A stretch of DNA of 46,573 bases from Oscillospiraceae bacterium (GCA_031271325.1 JAISVY010000166.1:1-46573); one strand, 5' to 3'; positions 31,454 to 40,418 are shown, counted from the first letter of the stretch. A program made the numbers and translations. Notes: generated by a model not told the origin, from the letters alone.

Positions 31454-32034
31454 GTGACATTGTTTTGCAAAGTATCGGCAAATCGTTCGGCGGCAAGCGG
31501 GTGCTGGACAAGCTCTCGCACACCTTCGCCGCGGGGGGCGTTCACGGGCTGACCGGACCGTCCGGCTCCGGCAAGACGACGCTTTTAAATATCCTGCTCG
31601 GGCTGACCGCCCCGGATACCGGGGCTGTTTCCGGGGTCAACACCGCCGCCGTCAGCGCCGTTTTTCAGGAAGACCGTTTGTGCGAACGCGCTTCGGTCGG
31701 CGCGAATATCCGCATCGCCGCGCCGCGCGCGCGCGAAAAAAACGCCCTGCGTTCTCTCATCGAAGAGATGGGGCTGGACGAAAAAACGCCCGTACACGAG
31801 CTGTCTGGCGGGATGAAGCGCCGCGCCGCCCTGCTTCGCGCGATCGCGGCTCCTTCGGAACTGATTGTGATGGACGAACCGTTTACCGGGCTGGACGAAG
31901 CGGTCAAGCAAACCGCCGCCGCCGCCATCCGCCGCAGTTTGGGCGGGCGGACGCTGATCGTCGTGACGCACAGCGAAAGCGACCTCACCCTGCTGGGCGG
32001 GTCGGTATCGTTAACTCTGCCGCTGTTGGGGTGA
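31450..32034 (+). CDS. ABC transporter ATP-binding protein (compact, 194 aa)
   Basis: GTG 31450 overlaps the permease stop (GTGA). Walker A is GPSGSGKTT, the signature is LSGGMKRR, Walker B is LIVMDEP and the H-loop is VTHSE. The 440-aa ORF-track version is an out-of-frame run through the permease gene. Confidence 0.85.
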   Translation: MSDIVLQSIGKSFGGKRVLDKLSHTFAAGGVHGLTGPSGSGKTTLLNILLGLTAPDTGAVSGVNTAAVSAVFQEDRLCERASVGANIRIAAPRAREKNALRSLIEEMGLDEKTPVHELSGGMKRRAALLRAIAAPSELIVMDEPFTGLDEAVKQTAAAAIRRSLGGRTLIVVTHSESDLTLLGGSVSLTLPLLG

Positions 32035-32044
32035 GAGCGTCAAT

Positions 32045-32872
32045 TCAGTCCCTCGAATAAACCGAGGTTTTTTTCAGCACCGCCTCGAACAGCAGTCCCT
32101 CGCGCGGGTCGGTTCCCCGGCGGACGGTTTCGGCGGCGCATTCGCCGGTAAACCGCGCGGCGGCTTCCGCCGCCGCGCCGAGCGCCGCGCCGTGCAGCAC
32201 CTCGGCGAGCAGATAGGAGGCAAACAGATCGCCCGCGCCGGGATAGCCCGCTCCCGTCCGGGGGTGCCGGAACAGACCGGCTGCGCCCCGCTCCGCCCAG
32301 CCGACGGCGATCTCGCCTTCGCGGAACGACGCGCCGGTCAGAACAACCGAACGCCCGCCGCCGGAGAGAGCGCGCAGCCACTGCTCCAGTTCACCCTCGT
32401 CTGCCGGGGCGCTGCCGGCGGGTTTGCCCAGCAGCAGCGCGGCTTCGGTGACGTTGGGGGTGATCAGGTTCGCGCCGTCCGCGAGGGTTTTCATGGCTTC
32501 GGTCAGAGGTTTATCAATCGTTCGATACAACCGCCCGTTGTCGCCCATCGCCGGGTCGACGACGCGCAGCGCGTCCGGGTACGCGTCGTGTGCCCGCCCG
32601 ACCAGCGCCGCTTGCGCCGTGTTCGCGAGATACCCGCTGTAGATCGCGTCAAACCGCGTATCCAGCGTTTTCAGCTGCTCAAGATTCCCCGCCGCGTATT
32701 CGGACAGATCGGTCATCGTAACGCCCGGGTAATTCGTCGGCGCGGGGAACAAGGCGGACGGCAGCGGGCAGCATTGCACGCCCCGCGCCGACAGCACCGA
32801 AACCGCCGCGCTCAGCGAGCAGCGCCCGAAAACGCAGAGATCGTGTATGGCGAGCAGCCGCGGAACCCGCAT
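32045..32872 (-). CDS. pdxK: Pyridoxal/pyridoxamine kinase family protein
   Basis: ATG 32872 lies after GAGGGGG. The pattern LLAIHDLCVFGRCS..., DAIYSGYL, VDPAMGDNG, ITPNVTEA, GAGDLF parallels the PdxK/PdxY ribokinase-fold motifs. Confidence 0.75.
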   Translation of the reverse strand: MRVPRLLAIHDLCVFGRCSLSAAVSVLSARGVQCCPLPSALFPAPTNYPGVTMTDLSEYAAGNLEQLKTLDTRFDAIYSGYLANTAQAALVGRAHDAYPDALRVVDPAMGDNGRLYRTIDKPLTEAMKTLADGANLITPNVTEAALLLGKPAGSAPADEGELEQWLRALSGGGRSVVLTGASFREGEIAVGWAERGAAGLFRHPRTGAGYPGAGDLFASYLLAEVLHGAALGAAAEAAARFTGECAAETVRRGTDPREGLLFEAVLKKTSVYSRD

Positions 32873-32893
32873 AAAAATCCCCCTCATTTTTCG

Positions 32894-32922
32894 TTGCCAG
32901 AAGATAATTTTCATGTTATACT
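32894..32922 (+). promoter_or_regulatory. Sigma-A-type promoter for zapA-U32-maf
   Basis: TTGCCA (32894-32899), 17 nt, TATACT (32917-32922), with TGt (extended -10). Confidence 0.6.
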
Positions 32923-32948
32923 ATACAGTAAATAGGACAAGCGGTCAA
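32920..32948 (-). promoter_or_regulatory. Sigma-A-type promoter for the pyridoxal-kinase gene (face-to-face overlap with the zapA promoter)
   Basis: Minus strand: TTGACC (32948-32943), 17 nt, TATAGT (32925-32920). Its -10 overlaps the -10 of the plus-strand promoter. Confidence 0.55.
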
Positions 32949-32976
32949 GTTAACCGGAGAGCGAGAGGTGCGCCTG

Positions 32977-33291
32977 ATGAAAAGCAAGATTTCCATAACC
33001 GTGGCGGGGCATGATTTCACGTTGGTTTCGGAGGAATCGGAGGCGTATGTGCGCGGCATCGCGGCAGAAGTGGATAAAGACATCCAAAACGTCATGGGTG
33101 AAGTGCATCTGTCGATGAGCGACGCTTCCGTGCTGGCAGCCCTCAACGCGGCCGACCGCGCCAAAAAGGCGCTGGAATCGGCCGACCACCTGCGCGTGCA
33201 GGTCAAGACATACCTCGACGAAACGCAAAAGTTAAAAAGCGAGCTGGCCGAAGCCCGCCGCGAAATCAGCAGGTTAAAAAAACAGATTTAG
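32977..33291 (+). CDS. zapA: Cell division protein ZapA
   Basis: MKSKISITVAGHDFTLVSEESEAYVRGIAAEVDKDI... is followed by a C-terminal coiled coil (KSELAEARREISRLKKQ). ATG 32977 lies 8 nt after GAGAGG. Confidence 0.85.
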   Translation: MKSKISITVAGHDFTLVSEESEAYVRGIAAEVDKDIQNVMGEVHLSMSDASVLAALNAADRAKKALESADHLRVQVKTYLDETQKLKSELAEARREISRLKKQI

Positions 33292-33298
33292 AGGTGCT

Positions 33299-35314
33299 AT
33301 GAAACTGGTTGTCTCCGCCGGGACGTACGATGCGGCTGTCTCGGCGATCCAAAACGGCGCGGATGAGGTTCTGCTCGCGCCCGCCATCCCGGCGGAAGCG
33401 CTGACAGAGCTGTTTCCGTATGCGCGCTCGCGCGGCACGGCGCTGACGCTGGATTTTACCCGTTCCTGCGCCGACGCCGAGTTAAACCGCCGCGCCGCGC
33501 TGCTGCAAACGCTGTATCCACTGGGATTGTACGGCGTTGCGGCGGGCGACGCGGGGCTTTTACATATGGCGAGAAGCGCCGCGCCCGGGTGTTCGATCAT
33601 CTGGGGAGCGCCCTGCCACAACGCGGACGACATCCATTACGCCGCTTCGCAGGGGTGTTCCCGCGCCGTGCTGTCGCCGTTTCTGCCCTCGGAGACGATC
33701 CTGTCGCTGCAAAAGACCTCGCAAATCCAGCTCGCGGTGTGGGTGCTCTGCCCTCTCTGCCCGTGCGGCGACCCCAACACCTGCCTGCTCGGCAAAGAAC
33801 ACGGCTTGCAGTCCTGCGCCTATGTCTGCCGGAGCACCGTCTTTGCCGGAGACGACGGGAAAGCGCTGCTCAAAACACGCGATTTCTGCCTGCTGGGGCA
33901 TATGCGGGAGCTTCCCCGCCTCACCGCCCAAATGCTTGTGCCCGATCCTTCGCCGGAGGCCGTGGGGTTCTTCACCCGCGTCGCCCGCTCCGCCGCGAAC
34001 GGTGAATATTACGAAGAACGCTCCGTACACGGCGCTTTTGCCGCGCTTGGGCGCGAAGCGCCGACCGACGCGCCCTATACCAGCGTCGGCGATATTTTTA
34101 CCCGCGACGTCCAGCCTCTGACCCGCAACGAACGGTTTTGGGAAACCGAACGGCACGAAGCGCGCGAAGCCCGTATTCCCGTGCGTTTCCTCGCCCTTGC
34201 CGCCGACGGGGAACCGTTCCGTCTGGCGGTGGACGACTATCAAAAACACACATTGTTTGTGGAAGGAAGCGTTCCGGCGCGTGACGCCGCCGCTCCCACA
34301 AGCGGCGAAGAACTCAACGCGGTATGGCACGAAACGCCCGCCCCGTATGTCTGTAAGGACGCGCGGACTCAAATCGGCGGCGGTCTGCGCATCGCGGCGG
34401 GCGAAGCGCCGCGCTTGCGCGAACGGGCGCTGGAACAATTGGGCGAACAGCGTTCGGCTCTGCCGGATCACCCCCCGGGGCACTATACCCCGGAAGCCCG
34501 TCTGCTCCCCCGTGCCGACAAACCCTGTGTCACCGTCAAAGTCGCGAAGATCGCGCAGGTGACACCCGAGCTGCTCCGCCTGCCGCCCGAACGCCTCTAC
34601 GTGCCGCTGGGCGAAGCCTCCGGCGACCCGTTGCGCGCCGAGGATTTGGTACGAAGCGAAACCGTGCCGGTCGCGGTATTTCCGCGCATCATTCAGGAAA
34701 ACGAGCGGAACGAAGTCGGCGCGAGGCTCAAGCGCCTGCACGACATCGGCTTCCGCGAAGCGCTTACATACAGCCCGGGGCAGGCCGTTCTGGCGCTTCG
34801 CCACAGCTTTACGCCCCGCGCCGACTGGAACGCCGCGAACGCCCAGACGCTCCGCCACGCGAAAACAATAGGCGTGATCTCCTGTACGCTCGCTCCGTGG
34901 ATGACGCTGGAGGAGATCCGGGCGCTGAACCACGTGGCTGACACCGAGATGATTGTATACGGCAGGCTGCCGCTTCTGCTCACGCGGCAGTGCCTGATCC
35001 GCAAGCGAAGCGGTGTGTGTTCCTGCGACAACATGAACAACGAGCTGTCCGACGGCAAGGGCGGTCTTCTGCCGCTGGTGCGCGAGAGCGGGCACGGTAC
35101 GCTGGTGTACGACAGTCATAAACTCTGGCTGGAACCGTATAAGAAGCAGTGGCGGCACATCGGCCTGTGGGCGGTGCGGCTGGACTTCACCACCGAAAAC
35201 GCGAAAGAGTGCGTACAGATCGCGAATGCCTACCTCGGGCGCGGCGACTACGAACCGCACACCACCACCACAGGGTTTTACGCGCCCGGCGAGCACAGAC
35301 GCAGATGGCTGTAG
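33299..35314 (+). CDS. U32-family protein (peptidase U32 / Fe-S hydroxylase-like family)
   Basis: The N-terminus MKLVVSAGTYDAAVSAIQNGADEVLL resembles the canonical U32 start. Cys-rich stretches CPLCPCGDPNTC...CAYVC and LTRQCLIRKRSGVCSC are present. 671 aa. Confidence 0.75.
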   Translation: MKLVVSAGTYDAAVSAIQNGADEVLLAPAIPAEALTELFPYARSRGTALTLDFTRSCADAELNRRAALLQTLYPLGLYGVAAGDAGLLHMARSAAPGCSIIWGAPCHNADDIHYAASQGCSRAVLSPFLPSETILSLQKTSQIQLAVWVLCPLCPCGDPNTCLLGKEHGLQSCAYVCRSTVFAGDDGKALLKTRDFCLLGHMRELPRLTAQMLVPDPSPEAVGFFTRVARSAANGEYYEERSVHGAFAALGREAPTDAPYTSVGDIFTRDVQPLTRNERFWETERHEAREARIPVRFLALAADGEPFRLAVDDYQKHTLFVEGSVPARDAAAPTSGEELNAVWHETPAPYVCKDARTQIGGGLRIAAGEAPRLRERALEQLGEQRSALPDHPPGHYTPEARLLPRADKPCVTVKVAKIAQVTPELLRLPPERLYVPLGEASGDPLRAEDLVRSETVPVAVFPRIIQENERNEVGARLKRLHDIGFREALTYSPGQAVLALRHSFTPRADWNAANAQTLRHAKTIGVISCTLAPWMTLEEIRALNHVADTEMIVYGRLPLLLTRQCLIRKRSGVCSCDNMNNELSDGKGGLLPLVRESGHGTLVYDSHKLWLEPYKKQWRHIGLWAVRLDFTTENAKECVQIANAYLGRGDYEPHTTTTGFYAPGEHRRRWL

Positions 35315-35871
35315 TTGTCTTGGCTTCGGCTTCGCCCCGCCGGGCGGAGTTGCTGCGCCGGATCGGGCTGGCGTACGAAGTGGTTTTGCCGCAGGTGGAC
35401 GAAACGTGTGACCTTCCGGCGGAAGAAGCCGTCGCGGCGCTCTCCCGGCGCAAAGCGGAGGACGCGGCCGCCCGCCGCCCCGGCGCGGTTGTGATCGCGG
35501 CGGACACGCTGGTGGTATGCGGCGGCTCTGTTTTGGGTAAACCCAACGATGAGGAAGACGCGTTCCGTATGCTGCGCTCCCTTTCGGGGACGGCGCATAC
35601 CGTCTTTACGGGCGTTACCGCGATGCGGGGCGGGGACGCGATTACCCGCGTGGATTCTGCCGCCGTGCGAATCCGCAGCCTGACCGGCGCGCAGATACGC
35701 GCCTACATCGCGACCGGCGAGCCGATGGATAAAGCGGGCGCTTACGGAATCCAGGAGCGCGGCGCGGCGCTGGTCGAGCGCGTCGAAGGCGACTTCTACA
35801 CGGTGATGGGCTTGCCGGTCTGCCTGCTCGCGCAAATGCTGGAGCGGTTTGGGATAGATATACTGCTGTAA
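35305..35871 (+). CDS. maf: Maf-family nucleoside triphosphate pyrophosphatase (septum formation protein Maf)
   Basis: LASASPRRAELLRRIG, ADTLVV, GKP, AGAYGIQE and DFYTVMGLP are the Maf signature segments. ATG 35305 overlaps the end of the U32 gene. Confidence 0.9.
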   Translation: MAVVVLASASPRRAELLRRIGLAYEVVLPQVDETCDLPAEEAVAALSRRKAEDAAARRPGAVVIAADTLVVCGGSVLGKPNDEEDAFRMLRSLSGTAHTVFTGVTAMRGGDAITRVDSAAVRIRSLTGAQIRAYIATGEPMDKAGAYGIQERGAALVERVEGDFYTVMGLPVCLLAQMLERFGIDILL

Positions 35872-35944
35872 GAACCTGTTCCCATAGGTTAGAAAGCACC
35901 GTATCGGCGGCTTCGCCCCCCCTTCCTGCATAGAGTGACCCGAG

Positions 35945-35953
35945 TGATATAAT
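35945..35953 (+). promoter_or_regulatory. Extended -10 promoter element upstream of mreC
   Basis: TGATATAAT (TGn + TATAAT) lies 28 nt upstream of ATG 35981. No good -35 is seen. Confidence 0.4.
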
Positions 35954-35980
35954 CGGGAGTTTTTTAAGGGGTTGCCCAAG

Positions 35981-36823
35981 ATGAAATGGATCGCAAAACA
36001 TAAAGCCGCCTTCGTCGTGATCCTCGCCGTCTTGTTCGTGCTGTCTATGGCGGTGGCTTCCTTCTTCACCAAAGGGCGCACCTCCCCCGTTTCCGGCGCG
36101 ATCAACACGGTCTTCCGCCCGCTGCACACGCTGATCGGGTCGGTTTCCGACTACTTTCAAAACCGTTCGGACGCGGTCGCGCAATATGAGGATCTCCTGG
36201 CGAAATACGAAAGTTTGCGCGTGTATGTGGCGAATATGGAAGACGAAAAGCGCCTCGCCGACGAGCTGGCGGACGAGAACGACCGGCTGCGTATTCTGCT
36301 GGGGCTGAACCTGCGCGACCGCGGCTTCGCGTTCGAGACCGCGCTGGTCACCGATCGCAACCCCTCGGCGTGGGAGCGGCTGTACACGCTGAGCAAGGGC
36401 AGCGAGGCGGGGTTCGAGCCGGGACAGTGTGTACTGACCGCCGAAGGGTATCTCGCCGGGATGGTTACCGAGGTCGGAAACGGCTGGGCTACCGTCTCGC
36501 AGGTGATCGACACGGTCTTCTCCGCCGGGGCCAAGGTGGAGCGCACCGGGCAGACGGCTGTCGCCGAAGGCGAATGGACGCTGATGCGCGAAGGTCACCT
36601 GAGGCTGACATATCTGCCGCTGGGCAGCGACATCCAATACGGCGACTTGGTGATGACGTCGGGGCAGGGCGGCGTGGTGCCGCCCGGCATTCCGCTCGGC
36701 AGGGTCGTCGGGGTGCAGACGGAACCGTCCGGGCAGGCGGAGTACGCCGCGCTGACCCCCGAAGCCGATCTGGACGCGCTGACGCAGGTGTTTATCGTGC
36801 TGGATTACCATGATGAGAAATAA
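35981..36823 (+). CDS. mreC: Rod shape-determining protein MreC
   Basis: An N-terminal TM segment is followed by a coiled coil (YEDLLAKYESLRVYVANMEDEKRLADELADENDRLRILLGL), then the beta-rich domain with GDLVMTSGQGGVVPPGIPLGRV. Confidence 0.9.
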   Translation: MKWIAKHKAAFVVILAVLFVLSMAVASFFTKGRTSPVSGAINTVFRPLHTLIGSVSDYFQNRSDAVAQYEDLLAKYESLRVYVANMEDEKRLADELADENDRLRILLGLNLRDRGFAFETALVTDRNPSAWERLYTLSKGSEAGFEPGQCVLTAEGYLAGMVTEVGNGWATVSQVIDTVFSAGAKVERTGQTAVAEGEWTLMREGHLRLTYLPLGSDIQYGDLVMTSGQGGVVPPGIPLGRVVGVQTEPSGQAEYAALTPEADLDALTQVFIVLDYHDEK

Positions 36824-36904
36824 GGGTATCTATCGGGGGACATACCGTGTCTCCGCGCGTTACCCGCGCCGGACAAAACCGGCGCGCAACAAACGCTCCC
36901 GCTT

Positions 36905-37408
36905 ATGACGATTCAACGCCTCTTAAAAGGGATATGCTTCGGCGTATTGACCGTGCTGGCGGCGGTGCTGCAAACGGAAGCGCTGACGCGGGTTCCGGCG
37001 GTTCCGAACGCGCTTGTCTCGGTGCCCGCCGTGGTCGCGCTGGCGATCTTTACCGGACCGGTCGGCGGAGGCGCCGCCGGTTTGATTTGCGGGCTGCTCT
37101 GCGACGCGATGACGCCGACGGTGGAGGCGCTGTTCGCGCTGACGCTGATGACCGCAGGCATTGTCACCGGGCTGCTGTGCGTGCGGATTTTGCAGAAGAC
37201 ATTCTGGTCGGCGCTGCTGATCACCTCGGTGAGCGCCGTTTTGATCGAGTTTTTGCTGTTTTTGATCTTCTATCTGATCCCCGGCAGAACAATATGGGCG
37301 GCGTTCCTAACGGTGGGACTGCCGGAGGCGCTGGCGGGTATCGTGTGCCTGCTGCCGCTTTATCCGCTGTTCCGGGGGGTTTCGCGGTTATTTACAGAGG
37401 AGGGCTGA
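36905..37408 (+). CDS. mreD: Rod shape-determining protein MreD
   Basis: 167-aa polytopic protein directly after mreC and before PBP2, with 5 hydrophobic segments. The call rests mainly on position and topology. Confidence 0.7.
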   Translation: MTIQRLLKGICFGVLTVLAAVLQTEALTRVPAVPNALVSVPAVVALAIFTGPVGGGAAGLICGLLCDAMTPTVEALFALTLMTAGIVTGLLCVRILQKTFWSALLITSVSAVLIEFLLFLIFYLIPGRTIWAAFLTVGLPEALAGIVCLLPLYPLFRGVSRLFTEEG

Positions 37409-37411
37409 ACG

Positions 37412-39517
37412 TTGGGGGGCTATAAATTAACCTTCCGCCTGATCGCGATGACGGTTTTGGTCGTCGCGCTCGCGTTCATCATGGGGCTGCGGCTCGCAAG
37501 CCTGCAGTTTTCGGAGGGCGCCGCCCCCGAACCGGAGAGCTTGCGCACCGTGTCCCGAAGCGTGTCTGTCCCGGCGACGCGCGGCGAAATCTTTGACCGC
37601 TACGGGCGGGCGCTCGTCACGAATAAACTGGCCTACAACGTCAGCGTTGACCGCGCGGCGCTCTTTCGCGGCGGGCTGCAGGCGGAGGTTATTTCGCGGC
37701 TCATCCGCGCCGCCGACGTTAGCGGTGTGGCGTATGAACAGACGCTGCTGCCGGTGACGCTGCCGCCCTTTGCGTATACCGAAATGACCCCCGATCAGAA
37801 AGAGTATCTCGATCATTACCGCCTGAAAAAAGACTGGCCGGACGGGCTTTCCGCCACAGAGCTGATGGACAGGCTCTTCGACGAATACGGCATGACCGGC
37901 GAAACGAAAGGCGCTTCCGGCTTGCTCAACGGGCTATCCGTATATCAGGCGCGGCTCGTCGCCGGGGTTCTGTACGAGATCGACCTGCGCTATCAGGCGG
38001 GGCTTGTCGTGCGGGACGAAGCATCCGGCGAGGTCACCAAGCCTTATCTCCGCGTACCCGCCTATACGTTCGCGTCTGACGTGCCGATGGAGCTGATCGC
38101 GATCATCTCGGAAAACCGTTTCGCGGGGATCAACGTCGTCCCGGTCACGGCGCGGGAGATTCACACCGACGCCGCCGGCCCGATTCTGGGGCGCATCGGT
38201 CCGATACAGGACGCGGAGGCGTACGAAGGGTACCGGCTGGACGAGCTGGTCGGTATCGAGGGTGTGGAGAAAGCGTTTGAGCCGTGGCTGCGCGGCATCG
38301 CCGGGGTTCGGGCGGAAACCGTGACCCCGGAAGGGCGGGTGGTGGAAGCGGTTCAGACCGCCGCTCCCGAAGCGGGAAAAAATGTGTTCCTGACCATCGA
38401 CATCCGCTTTCAGGAGGAGCTGGAATGGCTGTTGGCCAAAGGCGTTCAAAATCTCGTGGAAACCGGGGAACCGTTGAGAGGACAGGAAGCCGAAGCCGCC
38501 GCCGCCGCCGTGATCAACCCGAACACCGGTGAGGTGCTCGCCGCCGCGAACTACCCGACCTACAGCGCCCGCACCTTTATGGAAGACTTTGCGGCGCTCC
38601 GCGACGACCCGCTGAAGCCGCTCTACAACCGCGCCATCAACGGCACGTACGCACCCGGCTCCACCTTTAAGATGGTGACGGCGGCGGCGGCGATGGAAAA
38701 CGGCACGGTTACGCCCTCCTCCACCGTCTTCGACCGGGTGAAATACACCTTTTACCCGTTCCCGCAGCCGAGCTGCACCGGTTCCCACGGGCACGTGAAC
38801 GTGTGCGACGCGCTCAAGGTTTCCTGCAACTATTACTTCTTTGAAACCGGGCGGATCACCGGCATCAGCGAGATCACCAACTGGGCGAACCGCTTCGGGC
38901 TGGGCGTACCCACCGGCGTGGAACTGGAGGACACGAGCCGGGATACGCTGGGCTGGGTCGCGAACCCGCAGACGGCGGAAGCGCTGAACACCGAATGGTG
39001 GGACGGCAATACCCTCTCCGCCGCGATCGGGCAGGAAAACAACCAGTTTACGCCGGTTCAGCTGGCCAACTACGCCGCCACAATCGCGAATGGCGGCACG
39101 CGCTACAAAGCGCACCTGCTCAAAGAAGTGCTCAGCTACGACTACACCTACGAGTACCACGTTTCAAAGCCGGAAGCGGCGCTGACGCTCGGCATGCAGC
39201 CGCAGAACATCGCGGCGCTTCAGGAGGGCATGAGCGCCGTTACCCAATACGGCGGCACCGCTTACGGCGTGTTCCGCGATTTTGAGATTCCCGTGGCGGG
39301 CAAGACCGGTTCGGCGCAGGTGGGCGGCAGACCGAACAACGGCGTGTTTGTCGCGTACGCGCCCGCCGACAAACCGCAGATCGCGGTTGCCGTCGTGGTG
39401 GAAAAGGGCGGCGCCGGCTCGACGATCGCGCCGATTGCGCGCGACATCATCGACCTGTATTTCCGCTTACAGGCGGATATGCGAAACAACCCCGCCGAAG
39501 GCGGGTTGCTGAAGTAG
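37412..39517 (+). CDS. mrdA: Penicillin-binding protein 2 (elongation-specific transpeptidase)
   Basis: N-terminal TM anchor, with the motifs STFK (GSTFKMVTAAAA), SCN (KVSCNYYF) and KTGS (AGKTGSAQ). TTG 37412 lies 7 nt after GAGGAGGG. Confidence 0.9.
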   Translation: MGGYKLTFRLIAMTVLVVALAFIMGLRLASLQFSEGAAPEPESLRTVSRSVSVPATRGEIFDRYGRALVTNKLAYNVSVDRAALFRGGLQAEVISRLIRAADVSGVAYEQTLLPVTLPPFAYTEMTPDQKEYLDHYRLKKDWPDGLSATELMDRLFDEYGMTGETKGASGLLNGLSVYQARLVAGVLYEIDLRYQAGLVVRDEASGEVTKPYLRVPAYTFASDVPMELIAIISENRFAGINVVPVTAREIHTDAAGPILGRIGPIQDAEAYEGYRLDELVGIEGVEKAFEPWLRGIAGVRAETVTPEGRVVEAVQTAAPEAGKNVFLTIDIRFQEELEWLLAKGVQNLVETGEPLRGQEAEAAAAAVINPNTGEVLAAANYPTYSARTFMEDFAALRDDPLKPLYNRAINGTYAPGSTFKMVTAAAAMENGTVTPSSTVFDRVKYTFYPFPQPSCTGSHGHVNVCDALKVSCNYYFFETGRITGISEITNWANRFGLGVPTGVELEDTSRDTLGWVANPQTAEALNTEWWDGNTLSAAIGQENNQFTPVQLANYAATIANGGTRYKAHLLKEVLSYDYTYEYHVSKPEAALTLGMQPQNIAALQEGMSAVTQYGGTAYGVFRDFEIPVAGKTGSAQVGGRPNNGVFVAYAPADKPQIAVAVVVEKGGAGSTIAPIARDIIDLYFRLQADMRNNPAEGGLLK

Positions 39518-39522
39518 GGGCG

Positions 39523-39760
39523 GGATTCATCCCGCCCGCGTGTTATCCGCCTTTGGATTCATCCCGCCCGTGTGTCATCCCCTTTTGGGTATCCGTCCGT
39601 GTGTCATCCCCTTTTGGGTATCCGCCCGCAGGTCATCCCCTTTTGGGTATCCGCCCGCGTGTTATCCGCCTTTGGATTCATCCCGCCCGCAGGTCATCCC
39701 GCCTGTGGGTATCCGCCCGCGGGTCGTCCCGCCTGTGGGGATACAACCTCGCAGGTGCAT
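39523..39760. repeat. Degenerate tandem array, 7-8 units of 29-33 bp
   Basis: Unit boundaries are 39523, 39555, 39587, 39616, 39645, 39674, 39707 and 39737. Consensus: GG(G)TATCC/GGATTCATCC-CGCCCG-YRKGT-YATCC(C)(G)CC-TTT(T). Each unit carries two ATCC-core half sites. Confidence 0.85.
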
Positions 39761-39772
39761 AGTTCGCGCGTT

Positions 39773-39802
39773 CGCGGGCGACCGGGGACGGTCGCCCCTA
39801 CA
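39773..39802 (+). repeat. Solo half of the family-2 element
   Basis: CGCGGGCGACCGGGGACGGTCGCCCCTACA matches the right half of the central palindrome of copy 1 with 2 mismatches. It forms a 9-bp GC hairpin on its own (GGGCGACCG-GGGA-CGGTCGCCC) between the convergent PBP2 and UDG genes. Confidence 0.7.
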
Positions 39803-39827
39803 GAAATGGTTTAGAACCTGTTCTTAC

Positions 39828-40418
39828 TCAGTCCGGCAGGGTATATTCGCACACCTCGCGCATTTTTTCCTCGAGGCGTTTTAAGTCGGCGAAGGTATCC
39901 GGCTTGTTGCGCGGGTCGCGCAGCAGAAACGCGGGGTGGTACAGCGCCATCATGCGGTAGCCGCCTTTGTCGAACCATTGCCCGTGCTCGCTTGTGATCT
40001 TGAAATCCGGCTTGATAATCCGCATCGCGGCGACGCGCCCGAGGCAGACAATGATTTTTGGGCGGATCAGCTTGGTCTGTTCCCGCAGCCACGGGATACA
40101 CGCGTCCTGCTCCATATTGAGCGGATCGCGGTTGCCCGGCGGACGGCACTTGACGATGTTCGCGATGTAGAGTTTGCTCCGGTGCAGCCCTACCGACGCC
40201 AGCATCACATCCAGCAGCCGCCCGGCGCGTCCGACAAACGGCTCCCCGCGCATGTCTTCCTCCTGCCCGGGTCCCTCGCCGATGATCAGCACCTCGCTCT
40301 TCGGGTCGCCGACGCCGAAGACCACCTGTGTGCGTCCTTCGGCCAGCGCACAGCGGTCGCAGGCAAGGCAGGACGCTTTCAACGCTTCCCAGCGCTCAAG
40401 TGTTTCGGTCAACCTCAC
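39828..40418 (-). CDS. Uracil-DNA glycosylase, family 4
   Basis: [46 protein letters not shown] and [10 protein letters not shown] are family-4 UDG motifs. The start is uncertain: GTG 40418 lies 4 nt after AAGGAG, and the alternatives are TTG 40412 and ATG 40466. All three overlap the end of hisE. Confidence 0.8.
   Translation of the reverse strand: MRLTETLERWEALKASCLACDRCALAEGRTQVVFGVGDPKSEVLIIGEGPGQEEDMRGEPFVGRAGRLLDVMLASVGLHRSKLYIANIVKCRPPGNRDPLNMEQDACIPWLREQTKLIRPKIIVCLGRVAAMRIIKPDFKITSEHGQWFDKGGYRMMALYHPAFLLRDPRNKPDTFADLKRLEEKMREVCEYTLPD

Noticed and set aside
39523-39884. The tandem array as a CRISPR array, or as a coding region for the ORFs 39540..39884, 39553..39762 and 39572..39814.
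   Set aside because: The units abut without spacers and are degenerate. The three ORFs are the same repeat read in three frames (Pro/Arg/Gly-rich) with no RBS. I therefore treat it as a non-coding minisatellite.
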